A stretch of 59,090 nucleotides of DNA from positions 1-59,090 of the IMG/VR virus record IMGVR_UViG_3300046777_002911; one strand, written 5' to 3'. The position numbers and the translations under genes were made by a program. The stretch is from a virus. Taxonomy: Duplodnaviria; Caudoviricetes. Position 1 is the first letter of the stretch. The number at the start of each line of letters is the position of its first letter. The notes under the pieces are model-generated. The model was not told the DNA's origin, searched no databases, and saw only the letters and a program-made list of their open reading frames with translations. This document shows positions 1-8,434 of the stretch, one piece after another.

Positions 1-161
1 TTCTTGTTGAGCTTGCGCTGCTTACGCGCATGCAACAACTCTTCTGCATGAGGTTTGCAGAACGTGCGGAAGTAACCTTCGTCCCATAGGACTCGACCTT
101 CCATAGCACGTAGTTGTGCATGACACTTGCAGCAAAAGCTAGCAGTATCGTTGAGTCGCAT
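1..161 (-). CDS. small Cys/His protein, runs off the window edge (MRLNDTASFCCKCHAQLRAMEGRVLWDEGYFRTFCKPHAEE...)
   Basis: ATG at 161 with AAGGAG SD upstream; CxxC...CxxH spacing; read manually, not in the ORF track. Confidence 0.6.
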   Translation of the reverse strand, partial: MRLNDTASFCCKCHAQLRAMEGRVLWDEGYFRTFCKPHAEELLHARKQRKLNK

Positions 162-291
162 AAAGTCTCCTTTGTTGATGTTAATCGGCTCATGCCGATA
201 TTAATAGTTTTAATATGTATTTTAATATGTATATCTTAAAATGTATATCTTAGTTTATATAAACAACAAAGAGTAAACCCCTAAAAGGGGC

Positions 292-504
292 TTACTCTCT
301 GTAACTAAAGATCCCAGGAAAGGATCTCTTCCTCAGTGAGTTCAGGCATAAAATCGCCAAACCACCAGTTGATGTGAGCGTTAGCACCGTACCGAGCATC
401 GATACGCTGAGCAACGAGTTGCCAGTAAGTGCAACTGGTACCAAAAGTACCAGCAACACACATGTGGCAACGACCACAACGAGTAGGAACAGGTGTACAC
501 ACAA
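292..504 (-). CDS. hypothetical small protein (frame uncertain; 305..502 is an alternative)
   Basis: GGAGG upstream; three overlapping minus-strand ORFs cannot be resolved. Confidence 0.35.
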   Translation of the reverse strand: MCVHLFLLVVVVATCVLLVLLVPVALTGNSLLSVSMLGTVLTLTSTGGLAILCLNSLRKRSFPGIFSYRE

Positions 505-635
505 CTACCTCCAGCGGGACATACCGCGTGCCGAGATTTAAAGTTTATGTATAATATAAAGTTTTGATAATCAAGCATCTCGACAGCACCTAAACCGGGG
601 GATGGTTCAGGCACTGCCGAGATACGAGATGTGTG

Positions 636-836
636 TTACTTGGCTTCGTTGAGTTGGTGATTTGCCCACTCGATGAGAAGGATCAAAGAATCCTTGTCGG
701 TAGGCATTGACACGATGAGGGAATCGCTAGAATCCCCACCTGTGGAACGAGCACTGAAATACAGGTCGTTACCACAATAACCACGAAGGGTTTCCATTGA
801 CACGTTGTAGCCCCAAGGCTTGTTGATTGTTGACAT
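636..836 (-). CDS. hypothetical protein, 66 aa
   Basis: ATG preceded by AAAGGAAAC and an A/C-rich leader. Confidence 0.7.
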   Translation of the reverse strand: MSTINKPWGYNVSMETLRGYCGNDLYFSARSTGGDSSDSLIVSMPTDKDSLILLIEWANHQLNEAK

Positions 837-938
837 GATGTTTCCTTTACTTGTAGTGATGGTTGATTGATTGATTTTTTTGTTTTTTGATAAAGTTGAG
901 CAACCACCCCCAAACGGAGGTGGTTACCCAACTAGAAG

Positions 939-1181
939 TTAGGCGTAGTGCGCCCAGAAGTCGTCATCCGACTGTTCGACGGTGTCTTGGTAGACACGCT
1001 TGGTTGAACGGCGAAAGACATAAATGCTTGCGCCTACCAATACGACGAAAAGTCCTGCAGAGTTCATTGCACCCATAACGATGCCCAGTGTCTTGAAGAC
1101 AACGGACACAGCAGGGGTGAACAGAAGAACTGCAATGACGATGGCTGTGCGGTAACGCTGAACGAATTCTTGAACTGACAT
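939..1181 (-). CDS. small membrane protein with two hydrophobic segments, 80 aa
   Basis: AAAGGAGA SD; AIVIAVLLFTPAVSVVF and AGLFVVLVGASIYVF stretches. Confidence 0.75.
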   Translation of the reverse strand: MSVQEFVQRYRTAIVIAVLLFTPAVSVVFKTLGIVMGAMNSAGLFVVLVGASIYVFRRSTKRVYQDTVEQSDDDFWAHYA

Positions 1182-1293
1182 GATGGTCTCCTTTCACGAG
1201 ACATTGTTTTTGTTTTTGTTGTTTGATTACTTGATGTTGTCAGGTAGTTACCCCCATTACAGAGGTAACTACCTAACGGGTGAGAATCACCGA

Positions 1294-1491
1294 CTACTTG
1301 ATGTCGATGACAGGACGGTTGAACTTCTTTGCGGACTTGATTCGCTCAGGAGCGAAGAGTCCACGTGTGAAGCCTGCTACTGCAGAAGCGCCCTTGCCAG
1401 CAACCTTGGTGGTTGCAGAAGAGCCCTTCAGTACGGTAGCACGGACCTTGGAGCCGGCCTGAAGGCCAGCGTTGTAAGTGTTGTGATTCAT
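1294..1491 (-). CDS. small basic hypothetical protein, 65 aa
   Basis: AAGGAGA SD upstream of ATG. Confidence 0.7.
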   Translation of the reverse strand: MNHNTYNAGLQAGSKVRATVLKGSSATTKVAGKGASAVAGFTRGLFAPERIKSAKKFNRPVIDIK

Positions 1492-1873
1492 CTTGAGTCT
1501 CCTTGTGACTAGATGTGATGTGATGAAGTGGGTTCATCGGCCCATGCCGATATTTAAACATCTATATAGCACAAGGGGGTATACCCCAGTGGGCTAGTTA
1601 AAGATAACTACCCTAGGGGTATAATAACTATTACCCTCTCATATTTTTTTCTATATTTTACTTGTTTAAGAATTTATATATCCTTATATATCTTCATATA
1701 AGATCCAGGTCAAAAAATTTTTCCCCCAATAAAAACACATATAAGGTTTTATACCTTTATAGAGGTTACAAAAAATCCAAGAAATATTGCTCTACGAGTT
1801 GCAAAGAAACAAACACCCTGATAGGTTTCTCAATGTCATATACAACCAATACATACACATAAGGAGAAAACAT

Positions 1874-2044
1874 ATGACACCTAAGAAAATGGCCACCGCA
1901 AAAGACATAAGTTCAGAGGAACTCTACGATATGACTGATATTGAAGATATCTATGAATCAGCTTTCGGTTCATATGGGTCTAAAGATACAGATTACGACT
2001 ATGTAGACTTTGACGTAGACAATTATGGCTACGAAGCTTACTAA
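1874..2044 (+). CDS. small, highly acidic Asp/Tyr-rich protein, 56 aa
   Basis: AAGGAG at 1861 then ATG at 1874 (MTPKK...DTDYDYVDFDVDNYGYEAY). Confidence 0.75.
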   Translation: MTPKKMATAKDISSEELYDMTDIEDIYESAFGSYGSKDTDYDYVDFDVDNYGYEAY

Positions 2045-2093
2045 GATCACCTCTTTACAACCTAACAATGCCAAATAGATAAAAGGATTTATT

Positions 2094-2717
2094 ATGAATA
2101 GAAAAGATATGCCAGAATTCAAACCACTAACAGTACCTAACCCACATTTCCTCTTTGCATCAGAGAAGTTATTTAATGCCCCTATTGGCAATAACTTTGT
2201 TAATGAGTTTAAAGATGGACATTTTATTACACTAATGGATCATCATAATAGATCTAAGATGTCTCCAGAACAGCTAAAAGCTAAAACTAGAGAATATTTC
2301 TATAAATTATCAATACATTGGCAGACTAATTATTACTCTAGGGCATTTATAGGTTTAGGCGAGGACTCATTGTACTTGTTTAATCTCTATACTGACCATG
2401 GAATTGTTTTTGATACGGCGGTTTTAATCAATTTTGATTTTAGCGTGTTCAGAAACAACGAGATTATCACCAAAGGTATTAAAGATCATACAAAGATATA
2501 TAATTTTTACAGCAATAATAAAAAATATACAGACAGTGATATAGCTCACGTTAATCAATACATACCTACAAAGTTATCGCCAGCATTAAGCAAACGATTT
2601 GCTCTTGAAACTAATGGTGTATTGGTTAATGGAAGTTATGAAATGTTATACATGCAACCAAATTCACCAAGTCAATATAGAATGATACACGATAAACTTA
2701 TTTCAGTAGGAAATTAA
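2094..2717 (+). CDS. hypothetical protein, 207 aa
   Basis: long ORF with AAAGGA upstream; no recognised motif. Confidence 0.75.
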   Translation: MNRKDMPEFKPLTVPNPHFLFASEKLFNAPIGNNFVNEFKDGHFITLMDHHNRSKMSPEQLKAKTREYFYKLSIHWQTNYYSRAFIGLGEDSLYLFNLYTDHGIVFDTAVLINFDFSVFRNNEIITKGIKDHTKIYNFYSNNKKYTDSDIAHVNQYIPTKLSPALSKRFALETNGVLVNGSYEMLYMQPNSPSQYRMIHDKLISVGN

Positions 2718-3046
2718 AACAATTCCTCTAGGCCGTCATCTGGATTCCAGTCTTCGGCAGCAATAATCAACTGATGTACATCATCAGAACCTAAACCACG
2801 TACAATGTCCTCTGCAGTTGAGCCCATAAGCTCAGCTGTAGATAGGACCATCTCCCATTGTTCGGGTTTAAAGAAACTAATTGTTAGTTTAGAGTTACTT
2901 TCGTCAGGATGAGCAGTAATAATATAATTATACTGTGCAATCATTTCTGGATCATACTGAATTAAAGCATCGTTGTATGATATTTCAGCTTCAATATCAT
3001 CATCACCACCACGTATTATCTTTTGAATCATTTCCCAAAAGTCCAT
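2714..3046 (-). CDS. acidic hypothetical protein, 110 aa
   Basis: GGAG SD; TACTATAT motif 34 nt upstream. Confidence 0.75.
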   Translation of the reverse strand: MDFWEMIQKIIRGGDDDIEAEISYNDALIQYDPEMIAQYNYIITAHPDESNSKLTISFFKPEQWEMVLSTAELMGSTAEDIVRGLGSDDVHQLIIAAEDWNPDDGLEELF

Positions 3047-3143
3047 GATGACTCCAAATCTTTATATATTCTATATAGTACTCACAATTAACCTATTAAT
3101 TTGTTAAAAAATAAAAAATAATTTTTGCGGCGAAAGCGCAGAA

Positions 3144-3335
3144 TTAAAAAGGACGATTTTTTATCTTCTGTACGTAGTAAGCAATCTGATCTGGTGATGG
3201 ATGATCATCTAAATCATAACCACCAAATTTTTGATACTCTTTAATATCCAAATTAATTACAGTATTAAACTGATTGGGATCAAATAAACGCCAATCATCA
3301 CCATTGTAATAATATTCTAGATTATTATCATTCAT
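3144..3335 (-). CDS. hypothetical protein, 63 aa (MNDNNLEYYY...)
   Basis: ATG at 3335 overlaps the stop of the upstream Zn-ribbon gene; GGAG SD. Confidence 0.65.
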   Translation of the reverse strand: MNDNNLEYYYNGDDWRLFDPNQFNTVINLDIKEYQKFGGYDLDDHPSPDQIAYYVQKIKNRPF

Positions 3336-3492
3336 TTGTTGACTCCACTTCTTCAACCCAGCTATCACCGCATTCTCTGCAGTGTACTGCGTACTTTTCA
3401 TGTGTTTTACTTACGGTTAAAATACTTACTGTAAAGTTAGTAGGATACGGACAATCGCTACAAGGTTCAATCTTGGGTGAATTTGCTTTCAT
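3328..3492 (-). CDS. small zinc-ribbon protein, 54 aa (MKANSPKIEPCSDCP...HCRECGDSW...)
   Basis: CxxC...CxxC; overlaps the 3' end of recA; read manually, below the ORF-track cutoff. Confidence 0.65.
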   Translation of the reverse strand: MKANSPKIEPCSDCPYPTNFTVSILTVSKTHEKYAVHCRECGDSWVEEVESTNE

Positions 3493-4459
3493 CTTCCACT
3501 CTTAACTTAATTTGTTCAAATACATCTTGATTTTCTTTAAGTTTACCAATTGCATTCTCTCTACCTTGTGCAAAGTTTTCACCATCAAGGAAGATCCATG
3601 CACCTTTTTGTGTGAAAACACCCATAGATAATGCTAGATCCATTACCGATCCGTATTGATCAACACCTTTACCATAGTAAATATCAAATTCTGCTATTTT
3701 TAATGGTGGTGCCATTTTATTTTTGATAACCTTGGCTTTTACTTTAATGCCAATTGAGTCACCTTCTTTGTTTTTAATATCTTCTTTTTTGCGAAGATCT
3801 ATTCTCACAGATGCAGCGTATGGTAATGCGCGTCCACCAGGTGTTGTTTCTGGATTTCCAAACATAACACCAATCTTCATTCTTATCTGATTAATAAAAA
3901 CAATAAGTGTTTTGTTATCATTTGCTAATGCAGTTATCTTACGTAAAGCTTTTGCCATCATTCTAGCTTGTAAGCCCATTTGATTTGCATCCATTTCGCC
4001 TTCTAATTCGGCTTTTGGAACTAAAGCAGCAACTGAATCAATTATTATTAAACCTAATTCTCCAGTTTTTACTAATTTATCTACAATTTCTAGAGCTTCT
4101 TCACCATAATTTGGTTGAGCAAGTAGTAATTCATCTAGGTTTATGCCTAGATCCATCATATAAGCTGGATCTAATGCGTGCTCTGCATCAATATAAGCAC
4201 AACGTAAACCCATTTTTTGAGCTTGAGCCACCAAGGATAAAGATATTGTTGATTTACCAGAAGATTCTGGTCCATAAATCTCTACAATTCTACCTCTTGG
4301 TAAACCACCAATACCTAAAATTCTATCTAAAGTAGGCGCTCCTGTTGAAATTGCTGGCCAAGTTTGGGCTTGAGCATTCCCTAATTTCATTACAGTGCCA
4401 GTACCAAATTGCTTATCTAATAAAGCAATTGCCATATCTAATGCTTTTGATTCTTCCAT
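3467..4459 (-). CDS. recA: RecA recombinase
   Basis: GGLPRGRIVEIYGPESSGKST Walker A, IDAEHALDP, DSVAALVPKAE, INQIRMKIGVMFGNPETTPGGRAL. Confidence 0.97.
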   Translation of the reverse strand: MEESKALDMAIALLDKQFGTGTVMKLGNAQAQTWPAISTGAPTLDRILGIGGLPRGRIVEIYGPESSGKSTISLSLVAQAQKMGLRCAYIDAEHALDPAYMMDLGINLDELLLAQPNYGEEALEIVDKLVKTGELGLIIIDSVAALVPKAELEGEMDANQMGLQARMMAKALRKITALANDNKTLIVFINQIRMKIGVMFGNPETTPGGRALPYAASVRIDLRKKEDIKNKEGDSIGIKVKAKVIKNKMAPPLKIAEFDIYYGKGVDQYGSVMDLALSMGVFTQKGAWIFLDGENFAQGRENAIGKLKENQDVFEQIKLRVEDESKFTQD

Positions 4460-4466
4460 ATATGTA

Positions 4467-4658
4467 TTATACCATAGTCTCTTTTGAAGATTTTCTTAAT
4501 GAAACTTCAAACTCTTTTATCTTTGAAATAATAGCTTTTTCTAATTTTCTATATTCAACTCGAGATTCATTATCTAAACCCAATTGTTTTTGCTTTGTCT
4601 GTTCAAGCAACTTGTATAATTTTGTTAGATATTCTTTATCAGATTTATTCACACACAT
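4467..4658 (-). CDS. hypothetical helical protein (start uncertain)
   Basis: 3' part of track ORF 4467..4775; its 5' part overlaps a plus-strand gene. Confidence 0.5.
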   Translation of the reverse strand: MCVNKSDKEYLTKLYKLLEQTKQKQLGLDNESRVEYRKLEKAIISKIKEFEVSLRKSSKETMV

Positions 4659-4728
4659 GTTCCAATCTTGTTTGCTGGTATAATTAGACGGTACAGTATA
4701 CACATAAGACGCACTAGGAGTAAGGTAT

Positions 4729-4884
4729 TGTGAGAAGAAATATAGATGTAGATAACGATTACAGACGTGCAGCATTTTTGTTAAAAGAACGTATTAGCAC
4801 AGCAGCAGATCTAGTTAAGATTTGGTCGTATGCTGGTCCTTGTTCTGAAGATTGTCCTTCAATAGAAAAAATTAGAAAAAAGTA
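4729..4884 (+). CDS. small hypothetical protein, 51 aa (MRRNIDVDNDYRRAAFLLKER...GPCSEDCP...)
   Basis: TGGTATAAT at 4676, AGGAG SD, GTG start; read manually. Confidence 0.6.
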
Positions 4885-5070
4885 GAAAAATTTCTTGATT
4901 TTTTTTGACAGATCTGGTTATAATGTCTCTAAGGGGAAAACAGAAATTAGAGAACATTATTATCTACTTCTCTTACTGAAGAGAATCTCTTACCATTCTC
5001 GTAGCAAAACAGCAGGACGAGGAATAAATAGGTTACTATATTTAGCATCACCAGGTTTATAAATAGGAAG

Positions 5071-6496
5071 GTGATGATGAAAGTTTATCAAATCTATGTT
5101 CCTGAGTTAGCAACTTATATAAAATATAAGGTTTTAGACCCAGAAGATATTGAGTCTTTGGTTGAAAGTCTTGATGTAAAATCTCCAAAGGATTTTAAGC
5201 TTGCTATACTTGAAAATGTTATTTATAATGTTAAATCAGATGTGACTGAAGCTTTGCGTCAAATGTCTCGTGAGGCAGCAGAAAGATGCATTGACGCAAT
5301 GTATAACGGATGCGTAATGCTTAATCCACGGATTAGATATAGATTTGTGGATAGATTTAGCTTATGCTAGTGCTTCTCCAGAAAATAGAATTGATAGAGA
5401 TTTTTCAGCAATAGAATCTGAATTAGCAAAAAGATACAGAGAAACAGTACATGCTAAAGGTGCTAGATCTAATAAACCTAAACCTAAAAAAATATCTAGA
5501 CAAAAGTTTCTTGGTTTAGAGGATCACTTACACGGAAATGTAATTGGACAACAAGAAGCAGTATCGTCTGTTGTTTCTGCACTAAAGAGATCTCAGGTTG
5601 GATTGAATGATAAAAATAGACCATTAGGCATTTTCTTATTTGCGGGATCATCTGGAGTTGGTAAAACTCATTTAGCTAACACATTACATAAATACTTATT
5701 TAGCGAAGAATATCCAATGGTAAGAATTGATTGTGGAGAATTTCAACATAAGCATGAAAATCAAAAACTTATAGGCTCACCTCCTGGCTATGTTGGCCAC
5801 GACGAAGGTGGTCAGTTGGTTAATCTTGTTAAAAAATATCCACACACAGTAGTTTTATTGGACGAAGTTGAAAAAGCGCATGCCGATATGTGGAATACCT
5901 TTTTAAGAGTATTTGAAGATGGTGTTCTTACAGATGGTAAAGGTGAAGAAGTAAGTTTTCTAAACACTGTTATTATCATGACTACAAACTTAGGAAATGA
6001 TAAAACTGTTGATTATTTACTTTCTGGTGGAACTGGATTTAATAAAAGTACACACGCAAAAACTGGAACAAAACAAATACCAGCAAAAGAGATGGTTGAA
6101 AAAAATACACTTGATGCCGTAAGAAAACATTTTAGGCCAGAATTTATAAATAGATTAGATAAAATAATTGTATTTAACCATTTAGAAAGAAATGATCTTG
6201 AAAAGATTGCAGAACTTGAAATGTCCGTAATTATGGATAAATTATCTAAAAAAGGATATAGCATTAATTACACTGATGAGGTTATTACCGCTTTATTAGA
6301 TAAAGGTGTAGACACTGTTAAGGGTGCAAGAGGATTAGCCCAAGTTCGTAGGGAAAAAATGGAAGACCAACTTGCTGATATTTTAATTAAATCAACTCCT
6401 CCACGTGGAACAATATTTGAAATATCATACAGAGACGAAAATGATAATTTTATCTTTACATTGAAGAAACCTTCAAAAGCAGCAACTACAGCTTAA
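5071..6496 (+). CDS. ClpA/ClpB-like AAA+ ATPase (single D2-type domain), about 474 aa, joined across a +1 shift at CGGA 5329
   Basis: GSSGVGKT, LIGSPPGYVGH, LLDEVEKAH, FRPEFINRLD, GARGL; the join reads ...MLNP-G-LDIDLWIDL... Confidence 0.88.
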
Positions 6497-6540
6497 TTTA
6501 ATTACTATATAAATATATTATAAAGTATAAGGAGTTAATT

Positions 6541-6825
6541 ATGGGTGTGTCATCAGCAGTTACGGGCTTAATTCCTAAATCGGTTTCTGGAAGAATGATG
6601 AGCGCTGGTTCAGCTATGGCTACTGGTGTTATTAAAGCTGGAGCTAGAGTGGGACGTGGCGCAGCTGCTGGATCTCTTGCTGATACTATTGGAAATAGAG
6701 GCTTGCTTAGAGCTGGTGGAATGATGGCAAGACATCCAATGAGAACAGCTGGAGGAGCTATAGGTGCAGCTGGAGCTATTGGAATGTCTCGTCGTAGAGG
6801 TAGCCAGAACTACCCAATGTACTAA
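6541..6825 (+). CDS. small Gly/Ala/Arg/Met-rich basic protein
   Basis: AAGGAG SD; TACTATAT upstream. Confidence 0.75.
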   Translation: MGVSSAVTGLIPKSVSGRMMSAGSAMATGVIKAGARVGRGAAAGSLADTIGNRGLLRAGGMMARHPMRTAGGAIGAAGAIGMSRRRGSQNYPMY

Positions 6826-6840
6826 AGGAGTACTATTCTA

Positions 6841-7059
6841 ATGTTAGGTAGAATGGGCGGTGCACTAAGAAGTGGGGCTACACGAGGCGCAGCAATAGGA
6901 GCATCTATGCGCAGAGCTGCTGGAACCACTCGTGGAAAGTTTGCTATGGGTGCAGGTATTGGTTTAGGTGGAATGTATGCAGCAGGAAGAATGAGGGGAA
7001 AATCTTCTGGAGCTAATGGAATTGCTCCTAAGTCAAGTGGTGGAATGACAGGAATGTAA
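6841..7059 (+). CDS. small Gly/Ala/Arg/Met-rich basic protein
   Basis: AAGGAG SD; composition similar to the previous gene. Confidence 0.75.
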   Translation: MLGRMGGALRSGATRGAAIGASMRRAAGTTRGKFAMGAGIGLGGMYAAGRMRGKSSGANGIAPKSSGGMTGM

Positions 7060-7107
7060 TATAAAATGATATAATGATTATATCTTTAATGTAGGAAGTG
7101 ATATGTT

Positions 7108-7539
7108 ATGAGTGATTGGAAAAATTTTATAAATGTAAATGGTGATTTTGAATTACCTAATTTTTTATATAAAACAATAAATGATTTAATGAAACAAGCT
7201 TTAGATATGGGAACCTTGTTATCAGATGATCAATATAAGCTAAGAGCTTACAAAGAACAAACAAAAAAATTGTTTAAGAAAAAATGGTATGATTTAGCTC
7301 AAGCATTAGAATTTTTTGAAATTATAGAAGCATGTTCTTGTACATCAGCTAGGTTAGAAGCAAATGGTGGAAAAGATGTTTATTGTGATATATGCAAAGG
7401 TGCTAGATATATTATTAATTCTGCGCTTACTCCTGATGAAATGCGTGAAGTCAGCATGTTCGTTAATGCGGCACAAAATATAGAAGTGGCAGAAAAACTA
7501 CAAAAAAGTTTAATGAAAGTTTTATCAGAACACTCATGA
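7108..7539 (+). CDS. hypothetical protein with CxC...CxxC motif
   Basis: ACSCT...YCDICKG; TGATATAAT upstream. Confidence 0.75.
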   Translation: MSDWKNFINVNGDFELPNFLYKTINDLMKQALDMGTLLSDDQYKLRAYKEQTKKLFKKKWYDLAQALEFFEIIEACSCTSARLEANGGKDVYCDICKGARYIINSALTPDEMREVSMFVNAAQNIEVAEKLQKSLMKVLSEHS

Positions 7540-7713
7540 AGTGTGATAGATGTAATTACGATTTAAATTTTGTATACGAAGATGTTGTTCAAGCTGAACA
7601 GGTTTTACATGTTCAAGAATATTATTGTCCTCGGATGTAAAAGCTGTTTAATACAAACATACGCACAAGACGGAATTATTAAATCTGAATGGATTGATTT
7701 TAATGGGAAATAA
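7536..7713 (+). CDS. zinc-ribbon protein, 58 aa, joined across a +1 shift at CGGA 7632
   Basis: MKCDRC...YYCP-G-CKSCLIQ...FNGK*; ATGA overlap with the upstream stop; the shift completes the second CxxC. Confidence 0.7.
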
Positions 7714-8434
7714 TATAGAAAGATTTGAAGATAAAAATAGTTTTATGGATAAGTTTGAGTCTCTGCGTCCTGATTTGTTTTTCCCAGATGAATGGACGGA
7801 CGAACAAAAAGAAAAGGCTGTTGAATTAGTTCGTCCACAGAAAACAAGAACATCAATGTTTTCTTCAATACCAATGAGATGCGAAGCAGCTAGATGTATT
7901 TTTGCAGAAACTTGTCCATTACATCAACAAAATTTAGCACCAAAAGGAAAACCTTGTCCAATAGAAATGGGAATGGTTTCTCAGTTTACTGGCGAATATA
8001 TGGAACAATTAGATGTAAGTCCAGATAATTTGGTAGAAGTTTCAATGGTTAGAGATTTAGTTGATCAAGAAGTTCAATATTTGCGTAAAACAAAACTTCT
8101 TGCAAAAGAACATTTTGTTCAAGAAAATATAATTGGTGTAGATAAAGATGGTGAACCAATTCTTAAAAAAGAATTGCACTTAGCAGTAGAACTTGAAGAT
8201 AGGCTTCATAAAAGAAGAAAAGATTTACGCAATCAATTACTAGCAACTAGAGAAGCAAGAGCAAAAACTGGTCAAACACAACTTGATACAGCTCAAGCTA
8301 TCTCTGACATCATTCATAAAGTACAAATGGTTGAAATTGAAAATAATAAATTAATTCGCAAAAAACTTGGAACATATGAAGTTGATGATTACATAGAAGC
8401 TCAAACACAATCGGAAGAAAAAGATGAGAGCTGA
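7703..8434 (+). CDS. Cys-motif helical protein (possible terminase small subunit, unproven)
   Basis: CEAARC...CP...CP motif followed by a helical region; function guessed from position only. Confidence 0.55.
   Translation: MGNNIERFEDKNSFMDKFESLRPDLFFPDEWTDEQKEKAVELVRPQKTRTSMFSSIPMRCEAARCIFAETCPLHQQNLAPKGKPCPIEMGMVSQFTGEYMEQLDVSPDNLVEVSMVRDLVDQEVQYLRKTKLLAKEHFVQENIIGVDKDGEPILKKELHLAVELEDRLHKRRKDLRNQLLATREARAKTGQTQLDTAQAISDIIHKVQMVEIENNKLIRKKLGTYEVDDYIEAQTQSEEKDES

Noticed and set aside
205-262. AT-rich imperfect repeats (TAATATGTAT...) as a replication origin
   Set aside because: Only about three degenerate copies and no supporting initiator gene; could simply be promoter DNA.
3121-3150. Hairpin TGCG-G-C-GAAA-G-CGCA as a terminator
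   Set aside because: The stem is short and bulged; plausible but too weak to call.
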